In this document: piece after piece, positions 30,579-41,647 of the stretch
How the letters are laid out: the number at the start of each line of letters is the position of its first letter
Numbering within the stretch: the first letter of the stretch is position 1
NCBI GenBank assembly: GCA_963775685.1
Contig: CAVZJV010000014.1
Coordinates: 1,568,001 to 1,632,000, forward strand
Origin: Candidatus Bathyarchaeota archaeon
GTDB lineage: Archaea; Thermoproteota; Bathyarchaeia; Bathyarchaeales; Bathycorpusculaceae
Direction: 5' to 3'
DNA: 64,000 nt
The notes under the pieces: model-generated
Databases searched by the model: none
What the model was told of the DNA's origin: nothing
What the model saw: the letters and a program-made list of their open reading frames with translations, nothing else
Program-made: the position numbers and the translations under genes

Positions 30579-30968
30579 ATGAAATGGATAGAGTTTGTCC
30601 TCTTGGCAGTTGGGGCTATAGTCGGAGCTTTTCTACGTTACAAAATGGTCGAGTCGCCGGTCGCGATTTATGGGTTGCCCGTTAACGTGTTGGCAGTTAA
30701 CGTCGTCGGCAGTTTCATTTTGGGCTTTTTCTCAATCATGTCAGTTGGCTTAAATTTTGCTCCACAGTACACATTACTTGTGGCGGTTGGGTTCTGCGGA
30801 TCCTTCACAACCATGTCTTCATTCGCGCTTGAAACCAACAACCTGTTTGACAACAACCGTTTTAGCCTGCTGGTCCTAAACATCCTAGCAAACGTGGGCT
30901 TGTCGCTTGGAGCAGTGTTAGGCGGCAGAGTGCTCGGTGAAGAAATTATGGCGAGGTTTGTGCGTTGA
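30579..30968 (+). CDS. crcB: Fluoride efflux channel CrcB/Fluc
   Basis: GAIVGAFLRY, VNVVGSF, GFCGSFTTMSSF. Confidence 0.95.
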   Translation: MKWIEFVLLAVGAIVGAFLRYKMVESPVAIYGLPVNVLAVNVVGSFILGFFSIMSVGLNFAPQYTLLVAVGFCGSFTTMSSFALETNNLFDNNRFSLLVLNILANVGLSLGAVLGGRVLGEEIMARFVR

Positions 30969-31276
30969 GAGAGAAAATGTGGGATTTAACGATTAGAATT
31001 AAGAAGAATGATGAAATTGGTGGCAAACGTCTCCAGACTTTAATCATGGATTATCTAATAAAAGCGGGAATTGAAGGCGCAACTGTGTGGACTGGTGTAA
31101 ACGGCTTTGGCAAACGCGGAAAGTCCACACTGCACCTTGAAGGCGTAACAGTTAACATGCCTTTGATTATTGAAGTGGTGGATACGCAGGAAAAACTTGA
31201 ACCTCTATTACCGGATTTAAAGCAAATTATAGGTGACGACGGCTTAGTAACCATTCAAGAAACCTACGTCATCTAA
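30965..31276 (+). CDS. DUF190 family protein (PII-like)
   Basis: GIEGATV..G..GFG, MPLIIEVVD; usual partner of crcB. Confidence 0.9.
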   Translation: MREKMWDLTIRIKKNDEIGGKRLQTLIMDYLIKAGIEGATVWTGVNGFGKRGKSTLHLEGVTVNMPLIIEVVDTQEKLEPLLPDLKQIIGDDGLVTIQETYVI

Positions 31277-31798
31277 AAACTCTAAAACTTGTTTTCAAAA
31301 TACCAATGGCTTGAAAAATGGGAAATATGGTGTCTTCTATTCTAAGAAGATGCCTGTTTCGTTCCATGCTCCTTTGAAGTCCAAAGATGAAATAGGCATG
31401 TATTATCAATAGAACCCAAAAGAAGTAAAGCTATAGGTTCTTGGAACAACAAATCAGAAGGGGCTCTATAGTTACATAAAGTTAACCTCGAGGACTCCGT
31501 AGGCAGAATGCCCGTCATACCTGTCAGCAACGTAATAACAAGTATATTTAAAAAAGAAAAAGCAAACCCAATAAGACATTAACAAAAGTATCAACCTAAA
31601 CTGCTTCGTCAGGGTAATAAGCGTTTTAATTGTTTTAACCTGCTCAAAGATTTTAGAAACAGCTTTTGAGGCTTCTGAAATAACGGGATGCATTTTGATC
31701 AAAAAAATAACTTCGCTAACAGTTTCAGTATATAGTGTTACAGGTAGAGATGGGAAATATTTGTCTAAAAAATATTGGTTTTAACAGAAGACAGTGTT

Positions 31799-33660
31799 TT
31801 AGGAAGAGTTTTTAACTTTTTCAGCGGGAAGTGTAAACTCGAATTTTACACCTCTCCCAATTTGACCCCTCTCTTCTAATGTCCAGCCATACACATCACA
31901 TATACTATAAATAAGGTATAACCCCAAACCAGTACCTTTTCCATTACCCTTTTTAAAAAGATGCTTTCTAAATTGATTGTCGATACCTACACCGTCATCT
32001 GTATAGGTTAATTTAGCCGAGCCATGATCAAGTTTTTCTACATATATCGAAATATTGCGAGTTTTTTCTCCATACTTCAGTGAGTTATCGATGAGATTGT
32101 AAAAAACTTGTGTTAGTAGAGAATCAGCAATCACTTCAAAACCCGCGCAATGGTTCTCAATCTTTATACCTTTTAGGTCTGAAAAAAGGCAGAGCGCGTT
32201 TTGGACCATTTTGCCTACATCGACCGGAATTAATTCTTCAATACCTATCATTTCATAAGTTTTAGCAAAATCAAAAATATCACAAATATTTTTAATTGAA
32301 CCGTCAATCGTATCAAAATATTTTTCTGAACTCGGTTCAGTTTTGCAGTTATTCTTAAATAGATAAAGATTCCCTTGAATTAACGCTAGTTTATTTCTTA
32401 CATCATGCCTCGTAAAAGCGCCCAAAACTTTAATTTTTTCATTTAATAATCTTGACCTCTCCAGATGCCGATTCGATTACAACTTTGAACTAAAACAAAA
32501 TCAGAAATGTCCAAAAAAGCCATAAAAAATCCATACACTTTGCCCCTTACAATTAATGGACCACCTGACAGACAAACATCAATTAAAGAACCATTACTCC
32601 TTTTACGTTTTGTATTAAGGCTTATTTGTTTTTTCATTATTGCTTTTTTTATATTTTCTGATTCTTGTTTAAGACCCTCCGGGAGAATAACATCAATATT
32701 TCTGTTTTTAACTTCTTCAAATTTGAATCCAAAGAGTTTTGTAAAACTAGAGTTAATTTCGGTCACTCGGAAAGTCTTGTCCAAAAAAACAATAGCTTCA
32801 GGATGATATGAAAAAAGCGCTTTTAACATTTGACTGTTTTTTTCAAATAAATGTTCTTGCTTTTTCCGCTCCGTCACATCGCGTATAATGCTGACGCCAA
32901 ACCACTGACCGTTTTCAACAAACGCTGAGAAAGAAAGCTCGACAATAATCTTTTTGGCTGAACCTTTCTTTATTGTGAGTTCAACAGTATTTCCCATCAT
33001 GGATAAATTACCGTTTGGTAATTCTTTGAATCCTTCATGCATGTTTTGTTCATAGCTAGCCAAGAATTGTTTATTGAAATGTTCGTTTAACGTTTTTGTT
33101 ATTTCATCTTTCGAATATTCTAACATGAATTTTGCTGATTTATTGCAATAGATTATTTCTCCTGCATCGTTAAAAACTACAATTGCATCGAGAGAGGAGT
33201 CAAAGATTGCTCTAAACCGCTTTTCACTTTCTCTAAGCATTTTCTGAGTTCTTATGTATTGTGAGGCTTGATGAATACAAGATGCCAATTCAGCATAAGT
33301 CGCGGCTGGAGAGCCGCGTTTATCTAGGTATCTGAATGCTCCGGAATTCAATGCTTTGACCGCTATTTCATCCCTTGCCTTACCAGTAAATAAAATAAAA
33401 GGGGTTGTATTTCCAATGGCTTTCAGCTCTCTTAAGAATGCTAAACCATCTTTATCGTTCATTTCGTAGTCAGATATAATTGCGTCAAATTTTCTCTTTT
33501 TAAGAATAACAAGGGCTTCATTGACAGATAGGACAGATTCAACTTTAATCGTATTTTGCATCTCTAAACATTGTTTTGCCATAATCAAGAATGCCTCATC
33601 ATCATCTACATGTAGAACATTTATTGAGTGTTCTAAGGTCAGTTTTCTTGAAAGCGCCAC
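31799..33660 (-). pseudogene. Hybrid REC-PAS-PAS histidine kinase, frameshifted near 32430-32490
   Basis: REC (LHVDDD, SDYEM, LFTG), two PAS domains, H-box TRHDVRNKL, N-box NLIDNS, G-boxes DDGVG and GTGLGL, across two ORFs. Confidence 0.88.
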
Positions 33661-33849
33661 GTCAGTTATGTTTTCAGATATTTACATCATCACCGGACTA
33701 AAGTTAAAGCAGATCATTAAAATATTGTTTTGAAGATAAAATGATTTGTGAATTTATGGTCCTATTTTAAAATAAATAGTTGTAAAATGTATTCGGAATT
33801 AGCAATTGATAAATGTAATTGAGGTAATGTTTTGATGGGTTGCTTTACA

Positions 33850-34296
33850 ATGGAAAATATCCTAATAATTGATGACGATGAAAAAATGCAAGAAATGATA
33901 TCGCAAATTCTTAGTAAGAAAGGATATTCGGTTAAATGTGTTGGCAATGGCAAGGAAGCTATTGCTGAAAGTTTTGAAAAACTTTACAATTTAGCCCTTA
34001 TTGATATTCATCTACCAGATATCGAAGGAACTGATTTATTGACTAAACTTCGAAAAACAGAACCAGAAATGGTAAAAATCATATTAACGGGTAATGCAAC
34101 CCTTGACAATTCAATTAATGCCACAAACAAAGGTGTAAATGGCTATATTTTAAAGCCATTTGACCCTAAAAAATTATTAAAATTAATCGACGATAAATTG
34201 AAAGAGCAGCGAGAAAAAATGCAATTCGACGAAAAAAAAGTGGCAGAATATATTGGGTTAAGGCATCAATGGATGGCAAATGCTACAAATAAATAG
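33850..34296 (+). CDS. Stand-alone response regulator (REC)
   Basis: ILIIDDD, LIDIHLP, LTG, KPF. Confidence 0.92.
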   Translation: MENILIIDDDEKMQEMISQILSKKGYSVKCVGNGKEAIAESFEKLYNLALIDIHLPDIEGTDLLTKLRKTEPEMVKIILTGNATLDNSINATNKGVNGYILKPFDPKKLLKLIDDKLKEQREKMQFDEKKVAEYIGLRHQWMANATNK

Positions 34297-34428
34297 AGTA
34301 AGATAACTTAATTGAAAAGAGTTTCTTAATAAATGAGTTGTTAATGCAGAGTTAAGCGGTTGCTTTGTTTGTTACAAAAAATATTGTAATAACATGAAAG
34401 GCTACTGGATTAAATGTTATTTGTTTAT

Positions 34429-34881
34429 CTACCATCTATTTGGATTGCTGTATTTGAAAACAGGAGTATTTTCTTTTGCCTGTTCCATTTCCTTAAGCAA
34501 AGTTAAATACTTGTTTTCTTTCTCAGCTTGAAGTTTTTTAATCATTCCAAGTAAATCAGCAGGTTTAAACGGTTTGAGTATATAGGCATCCGCCTTTTCA
34601 TTCACTGCAATTACCGCATTTTCAATAGTCGGATGCCCTGTTAAAATTATCTTAATCATCTTTGGCTGAATATCCCCCAAGACACCAAGCAACTGGGTTC
34701 CTTTTGTATCTGGAAGCTCTATATCAATAAGAGCAAAATCTATAGGAACCTTTTTGCAGATTTTCAAGGCTTCTTTGCCCTTGTCGACAGCTTCAACAGA
34801 GTATCCTTCATTTTCCAGAATTGAAGTCAGCATTTCTCTCATCTTTGGATCATCATCAACAATTAATATTGTCGTCAGCAT
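34429..34881 (-). CDS. Stand-alone response regulator (REC)
   Basis: ILIVDDD, LIDIELP, LTG, KPF. Confidence 0.92.
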   Translation of the reverse strand: MLTTILIVDDDPKMREMLTSILENEGYSVEAVDKGKEALKICKKVPIDFALIDIELPDTKGTQLLGVLGDIQPKMIKIILTGHPTIENAVIAVNEKADAYILKPFKPADLLGMIKKLQAEKENKYLTLLKEMEQAKENTPVFKYSNPNRW

Positions 34882-35273
34882 TCATGTATCAACCTAAAGT
34901 GTTTTGCGAACATGCAATAGCTGTGTTTTTCTTTAATAATTTTGTGAACTTCAGATATGAATTATTTTTACTTTAGAACCATAATTTTAGATCTTGACCG
35001 CACAAGAGGGTTGTTTCTATCGCGCATAACTTCAAACGCGCATTAATTGTCGAAATATTTTGCATTTCTTCTTCTTATCAAAAGCAGGATTGCAAAAATT
35101 AGAATAATAACTAATTACATTTTTCTAATTGCAACGGATTACAAAAACTTAACCCGAATGGCGTTAAAACAATATTCGTAAAAGTCTGTTTAATGAGCTA
35201 ATTCAGAGTTACTTGAATATCCAGGAACGAGTGCCTAATAGAAGCAAAATAGGTTGAAAATCGAAAAGAAAAA

Positions 35274-35642
35274 TTAGGACTGAAGTAGCAGAATTGCTTT
35301 CGCCAAGTCACCACCGCAGTCTTGGAGGGCTTCTTTGGCTTTCTCCAGGCTTTTGCCTGTTTGGTCCGCGACGAGTTGCACGTCTTCTTCGCTGAACATT
35401 GGTTTAGCGGCTGCTGCTGGTGCTCCACGTTGAGAAGGGGCTTGCTCGCTGACTTGTCCGCCGATGACTTGGTACATCTTCTGTCCCTGAACCTGCAGAA
35501 TCGCAACCTCAGGGTCATCGATAACTATGTCCTTATCGGCTGTTCGGATGATAACTTGTTGGACCTCACCTACTGAGTCCATGTTCATGCCCATGCGTTG
35601 CATCATACGTTTTTGTTCTCGTGGATTCATGCGTCTATGCAT
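35274..35642 (-). CDS. nac: Nascent polypeptide-associated complex protein
   Basis: MNPRE..RMMQRMG NAC domain plus C-terminal UBA (EEDVQLVADQTG...GDLAKAIL). Confidence 0.95.
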   Translation of the reverse strand: MHRRMNPREQKRMMQRMGMNMDSVGEVQQVIIRTADKDIVIDDPEVAILQVQGQKMYQVIGGQVSEQAPSQRGAPAAAAKPMFSEEDVQLVADQTGKSLEKAKEALQDCGGDLAKAILLLQS

Positions 35643-36133
35643 AGAGATTACACTACCCATTATTCTGTGCTTGAACTTGATATACTTAACCTTATATCAA
35701 TGATTTTAAGAAAAAAATGGAAAGGAGGTGTCTCCACAGGTACGCGGGTTTAGCTCCATCCCAGCTATTTAGCAAGTCATATACGCATTTGCTTTCCTAT
35801 AGAGGGGTAACATAATATTTGTAGTCCGCTTCCTTTTAGCTGGTTTTTCCACATTCACGGCAGCTCTGCAAACATAGTCTTCGTTATTAAAAGTGACAAA
35901 AGGGGGGTGCAGATCGAAGTGTTTTTGAATTGTTAGACCTAACTGATTCAAGATTTGAAGAATGTCCGATTTTATTAATTTTCAATCGTTTCTTTACCAT
36001 GATGAAAAGTACGAAAATATTTATGGCAACCAATGCGTCCAAGAGTAATTGCCATTTTTTCCTTTGTCTCATAATAAAAATGAATTAGAAAAAGAAAGAG
36101 AGGATAGATTATTGTGTGATTTGCGTTTACCGG

Positions 36134-38804
36134 TTATTTTTTGAGCCCCATCACTATCACTAAGCCGACTATGGCGATTGCTGCAGCGATTATGTAGGTC
36201 ATTAAGTCAGATATCGTCGCTAAGTTTGAGGGGCCTGTTGGCGTTGGGGTTGCCGCTACTGATTCGCTGGCGTAAAAGGCTGTTGCAGCTGACGATGGAT
36301 AGTATCCTCCTGAGCCGCCAAAGGTTGCAGTAACTGTGTAATCGCCTGCAATGTCAGGGGTCCATGTTAAACTGTATGTTCCGTACGCATTGCTTGTAGT
36401 GGTGCCGATATCTCTGTAGTTGCCGTTAGAGTCAGTGACAGATATGGTTACTTGAACTCCTGTCAAGTTGTGTGGCATTATCTGTTGTTCATAGACTGCT
36501 TCCATAAAACTGGTCATGCTTTCATCAGAAACGCATGGTAATCCATTGGGGAAGTTTGCCGCAACGGCTTCTTGCTTTGAGCCTGCAGAGACATCAGTTA
36601 CTGTGCCAGTTATTGTCACAGGCGTAGCAGTTGTTACACCGACTTGTGGTGCGCTAACTGTTGTTTGGCTTGGTCCTTGGGCGTAAGCGTAAATCTGACC
36701 ATCGTAGGAGTTGAACGACGTCATTACGCCATATGCTACCGCTGTTGCCGTATCGTCGAAAGCAAGATTACTCCAAACTAGTTCTCCAGTAGTGCCGTTG
36801 AGAGCTAATACTTGTGCGTTGTGGAATAGTGGTGGACTGTACTCGTGACCTTCTGAGAGATATAGCATTGGGCTAGGGCTACCAGCTAAAGCTTCGCAAG
36901 AGAAGACCCATATTGGGTAGATACCATAGGGTGTTTCTGTGCCTGCATCTCCGTTAGCTTGTTCGGTAATAAATGACCAAAGAACGTTACCATTCGTTAG
37001 TCAACTGCCCAAACATCGCCGCCTAAGGCCCAAACGTACAATACGCCGTTTGTGGTATCTGGAACGCATCGGAAGCCGTATTCGTCATAAGTGTTTGGCA
37101 TTTTACCGTTAGACATTGGAACGTTGAGACTCTTTTCCCATACTTGTTGCCCTGTAGCTAGAGAGAAAGCTTGCATGTCATAGGTTGCGAAGTTTATTTC
37201 AACGTAGACTCCTGCTGCAGCGGAAGGCGGACCGTTTGTCCTGGTGAAGGGAGTGAATACGCCTCCTGTCCGATTTTGTATCCACAACAGTGAGCCATCT
37301 TTTGCGCTTAAGCCTGCTTCGACTTGCCATCCGATGTTTTCTTGGACAGAAGTAGCTCCAGTAGTCATGACTAATGTGTCGCCTGACCATGCCGAATAGC
37401 CAAATGCAGAAGTGCCGAGACCTGCCGTGACGATGCCGTTAATAACTGGAGGTATTGATTGAGTAACCCATTCGATTCCGTCTTGCCATGAATACGAAGC
37501 GCCAAGTGCAATACCCCAGTTCAAATCAGTTTGCTGCATAGCAGCTGTTAAGTTGTACATTATCAATGCAGGTCCATTAATAGCCGTGTCAGAAATAGTA
37601 TATGTGACTCCTGGAATTGGATTGCCAAATGCACCGAATCGTCCGTTGGGATAAGCAGTAATATTAGCTGCAGCGTTACTGAAAGCGTAGCCTATAATGT
37701 TTCCATTTGCATCTTGGCCAAGGAAAACGAATGAAGGAGTATTTGTAATTGTGCAGAGATATTGCCCCGTCATACCGTCATAAATTTTCCAGTCGCCTGG
37801 CGGTGCAAAAAGTCCTCCGCCGCCTTGGGTAATGATGTATTCACCAACAACGCCATATTGGTTGATGTTTTCAAAGTTAACCATCATTCCGCATCTTAGT
37901 GGATCAGTCGTGTTTATTACCCACATAGTTTGTCCGGTGTAAAGGTTAGTGGCCATGATTCCTTGTTGACTGCTCGTGGTGGTCGTGTACCATGTTGAGT
38001 ACATTATGCCGTTCATTATGACTGGTGCAAATTTGGGGTTGTATTGCGAGGTTGTCCAGAAGGCGCTGTTTTGTTCGTCGTTTCCGAGTTTTCTTCCAGC
38101 TACGCCTCCTATGCACCAAGGCTTTGTCCAGAGTATGTGAGCAGTGGTGGGGGCTGTTGTGTATGGGTTAAAAGTTGCCTGTTGCATTGTATCCACCAGT
38201 ATTGGCAAAAGTGTTTGCAGCGTATCCCATCCAAGCTCCACCGATGGCAGCCCAATTTTGAACGTTTTCAGCGTTAATTGTAGTTTGCCACCAACTTGTT
38301 GGAAGTGGGGTAAATGGAATACCAGTTGCAAAATCTTGTTGGACTAGAAGAGTTACTGGCGCACTTTTGCTCGGCAGGTTAATGTATCCAGCAAAAGTAG
38401 GACCTCCGAAAGTGTTAGGGGCTCCGACAAGTGTCTGTCCGCCATACATAAATTGGGATGTGTAGTTGCCAAGCGATGTTGGAGTGTAGTGAGTGTATGT
38501 GCCTCCAGTGAGATCTGAAGTAAATGGTCCAAGTGTTTCAGTGGTTTCATCTGGATGCGTTACAAGAACTGTCATGTTGATGACCAGTGATTGGTCCGCG
38601 TTTGGCACAGCAAGCCAAAAGTTAACGGTTACTGGTTGGCCGACGCCGCAGGGGTTAGGGGCTACGTTAATGTAGGCATATGTTTGAATAGTGTTTGCTG
38701 CTTGCAGTTCCTATTTGCAATGTTATTGCTGATCCCATTGAAACAATCATAAGCATACTGATAACAATCGCTAAGTTTTTGTTTGTTAGATTTCGCAGAT
38801 TCAT
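36134..38804 (-). pseudogene. Large PQQ-like beta-propeller surface protein, frameshifted; paralog of 51188-53827
   Basis: Colinear motifs with the intact paralog (PN P.GVGQ, ETLGPFTSD.TGG, NPYTTAP..AHILWTKP, EGHEYSPPLF, NFPNG.P.VSDES) across 5 or more frames. Confidence 0.85.
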
Positions 38805-38836
38805 TTTGTTTTTTCTTCCTTTTAATTTTATTTTGA

Positions 38837-38877
38837 GTTGAGAAAAAATTTTGAATCAAGAAATAAGATTTCTCAAC
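38837..38877 (-). promoter_or_regulatory. 5'-leader hairpin GTTGAGAAA..TTTCTCAAC
   Basis: 9-bp inverted repeat between a TATA-like TTTAAA (~38901-38906) and the AAGGAAGAAAAA ribosome-binding region. Confidence 0.6.
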
Positions 38878-39291
38878 CTAGGTGTAGTTAACTGTTTTAA
38901 TTTAAATAGTTTTGGTGAGATAGAAGTAATAAATGCAAACAGTTCAGACGGAAAAGTTCAAAAAAGATATTAGACTCGAGTTTACAACATCCACTTTGTT
39001 AGGGGTTCAAATAGAGGAAAAGGAACTTATACCCAATTTCTCGAGCATTCTCATATTGAAGAGCTTAAGCCAACAAGATGAAATACTGAGGTAAGTTCAT
39101 TTGTGCTTACATGAACAATAAAATAAAAAGTTGTGCGAGCGATACCTCTACTTCAAAGAAGATTCATTTTGATTTCTTGACTAAATTACCTTGAGGCTTG
39201 GAATTCAACTCCAGCTATGTGGACCAAAAGCGCCTATTGGGTGAATAGCTACTTCAGTCAAAACTAAATTTATAATGAAAGCTTGATAAGC

Positions 39292-39759
39292 TCAATTTTC
39301 CTTAGCACCATGTCGGGTCTTAACAGCAACGCCTGTTTTGAAAGCCTTCATTTCTTGGCTTGAAAGAGTGGCGCGTCCAACCGCCAGAACTTGCCCATTT
39401 TCGTCTATTGCGATGACTTCGTCTTTGGCACCCACCTCAGCATCAACCTTGACGACATGAACCGCGAAGACGTCTCCTCCTTCGGTAATGTATTTGGAAA
39501 CATCGTTTTTTACAGTGACAAAACACTTGGCAAAGGGAGTGTTATGAATCATGAATTGAGCGGCTTTGAGGCTCAGTGAAAACAACCCATCCGTCGGGCG
39601 TAAGGTAGCTAATCGTTCCTTGTTTAGGGTGATGTAGCGTATCCTGCCGGTTCTTGGTGAATACTGGATTTCGATGTTGTCTGGAAACAGCTGTGCGCCT
39701 ACGCCTTTTCCGAATTGGTAATCAGCTATGCTTCTAACTTTTGCCAGGTTGTTTTGCAT
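39292..39759 (-). CDS. PUA-domain protein resembling the C-terminal part of archaeosine tRNA-guanine transglycosylase
   Basis: IADYQFG, TGRIR, TLRPTDG, GGDVFA.HV, GVAVKTRHG. Confidence 0.85.
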   Translation of the reverse strand: MQNNLAKVRSIADYQFGKGVGAQLFPDNIEIQYSPRTGRIRYITLNKERLATLRPTDGLFSLSLKAAQFMIHNTPFAKCFVTVKNDVSKYITEGGDVFAVHVVKVDAEVGAKDEVIAIDENGQVLAVGRATLSSQEMKAFKTGVAVKTRHGAKEN

Positions 39760-39840
39760 GGGGCATCATCGTTTGGAGGTTGTTGTTTCGACAAGTATAA
39801 ACATTACAAGATTATAAAGACTGTGAAAGGTGAATGTTTC

Positions 39841-40390
39841 TTGAGATGTGAAGTTTGCGGACGCAAAATCCACTCTGACCCAGTTCGGGCAGTAATTGAA
39901 GGAGCCCAACTAACTGTCTGTATCGAATGCTCCAAACACGGCAAAGTACTCTTGCGTGAAGAAGCAGACATTGGAAAGGCACAGCCCAGCCTCAGCTAGA
40001 CCAAGCCCAACCAAATCCAACATCCGCATTCCAACTATCAAGAGAAAACCACCCGTCGCCCAAGTCCAAATTACAACAGAACTCGTCGATGGATACGCGA
40101 ATAAGATACGGGTTGCAAGAGAAAAACTCGCCATCTCCCACGAAGATTTGGGCAAAAAAATCAACGAAAAGGCCTCACTGCTTAAACACATCGAAACAGC
40201 CAAAGTGGCTCCAAATAACCAGCTTGCTACCAAACTTGAACATGCTCTAAAAATCAAGCTAATGATTCCAATAGCTGACGAAAAAGTTGCAACCCTGCCT
40301 AAAGGAGCTAATGAAGGTTTAACCTTGGGGGACCTCATCGAAGTAAACAAAGATGACGAGGAGACTTCCACAAAACGAAAGCGATCATAG
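39841..40390 (+). CDS. mbf1: Archaeal multiprotein bridging factor 1 (Zn ribbon plus HTH), apparent +1 frameshift near 39985-39995
   Basis: MRCEVCG...IEGAQLTVCIEC in one frame; ELVDGYA.KIRVARE...KLEHALKIKL, LTLGD in the next. Confidence 0.88.
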
Positions 40391-41643
40391 CGCAACGCCG
40401 ACTAAACCGTGAAGAATCAAGTTTAGATGAACTTAAAGCATTAGCCCAAGCAGCCGGATACATTGTTGTCGGTACGATGGAACAAACTCGTCCGCCCGAC
40501 TCACGCTATCAGATTGGTGCGGGAAAAGTTGAAGAACTCGCTCGGATGGTCGCGGAGACAGGTGCTGGCAAGGTAATTTTTGACAATCAACTCCGCACAG
40601 TACAAACCTACAACCTTGCAAAAGCCACAAAAGTCGAAGTTATCGACCGCTTCCAACTCATATTAGAACTCTTTAACAAAAGAGCTACAACAACTGAAGC
40701 TCAGCTGCAAATCCAGCTTGCAATGGTGCGAAACGAACTCAAACATGCGCGGGAAAAAGTACGTTTATCTAAAGGAAGCGAACAACCGGGCTTCATGGGT
40801 TTAGGTGCATACGAAGCAGACGTCTATCGCGACGCCATAAAACGTCAAGTTCAAACTATACTCAAAAAACTTGAAAGGGTTCGAGAAAAAAGGGTTCTTC
40901 AACGGGAAAGAAGAACCGAGCTTGGTTTTCTAACAATTTCGCTTGCAGGATACACTAACGCTGGAAAAAGCTCCCTATTCAACGCCTTAACACAAGACAC
41001 AGTTGAAGTTGACAACGCCTTATTTACAACACTTTCAACAACGACGCGGATGGTAGAGTTTTCTAACCGCAAGTTCCTTATAACTGACACTGTTGGCTTC
41101 ATCGACCGCTTACCCATCGCACTCATTGAGGCGTTCCATTCTACTCTGGAAGAAACCATCTTTTCTGACCTTATAATAGTGGTTATAGACTTAAACGAGC
41201 CCTTAGAAACCATTGAGAAGAAAAACGAGGTTTGCTTAGAAACAATCGACCGGCTTGGAGCATCTGGCATACCCACCATAACTGCCTTAAACAAAATTGA
41301 CAAACTAAACCCAGAGGAAAGACAACAGAAACTCGAAGCCCTAAAAGACAAAGTCAAAAATCCAATCCTACTGTCGGCAAAATGCCAAACAAACCTTGAT
41401 GTACTAAGAAAATATATCCTGCGTATTCTCGAAAACTATCTGCAAGCCCAGTTTTCTGTTCCGTTAACTGGCAAGACCATGCCTTTTATTTCTTGGGTTC
41501 ATCAGAAAACCCATATCCAAAAGGAAACTTTCACCAACGATTCTGTTGAAGTGTATTTTGAAGCCACCCCATCCATAACTGAGCAAGTAAAGAGAAAAGT
41601 GGAAGATTTAGATGGAAAATTCCAAAGTATTCCCTCAACCTGA
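40375..41643 (+). CDS. hflX: GTPase HflX
   Basis: EL.ALA.AAGY, G.GKVEEL, EAQLQ..LA, GYTNAGKS, LFTTL, DTVGFI, NKID. The homologous N-terminus extends upstream of 40477 to an ACG at 40375. Confidence 0.93.
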   Translation, partial: TKAIIAQRRLNREESSLDELKALAQAAGYIVVGTMEQTRPPDSRYQIGAGKVEELARMVAETGAGKVIFDNQLRTVQTYNLAKATKVEVIDRFQLILELFNKRATTTEAQLQIQLAMVRNELKHAREKVRLSKGSEQPGFMGLGAYEADVYRDAIKRQVQTILKKLERVREKRVLQRERRTELGFLTISLAGYTNAGKSSLFNALTQDTVEVDNALFTTLSTTTRMVEFSNRKFLITDTVGFIDRLPIALIEAFHSTLEETIFSDLIIVVIDLNEPLETIEKKNEVCLETIDRLGASGIPTITALNKIDKLNPEERQQKLEALKDKVKNPILLSAKCQTNLDVLRKYILRILENYLQAQFSVPLTGKTMPFISWVHQKTHIQKETFTNDSVEVYFEATPSITEQVKRKVEDLDGKFQSIPST

Positions 41644-41647
41644 TGAT

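Noticed and set aside
31342-31702. Two short minus-strand ORFs next to the histidine kinase
   Set aside because: Possibly a decayed membrane-protein gene, but no recognisable motif to support a call
36134-38804. Programmed frameshifting or phase variation in surface genes
   Set aside because: Breaks are not at long homopolymers or consistent slippery sites and also hit housekeeping genes; sequencing error or decay is simpler
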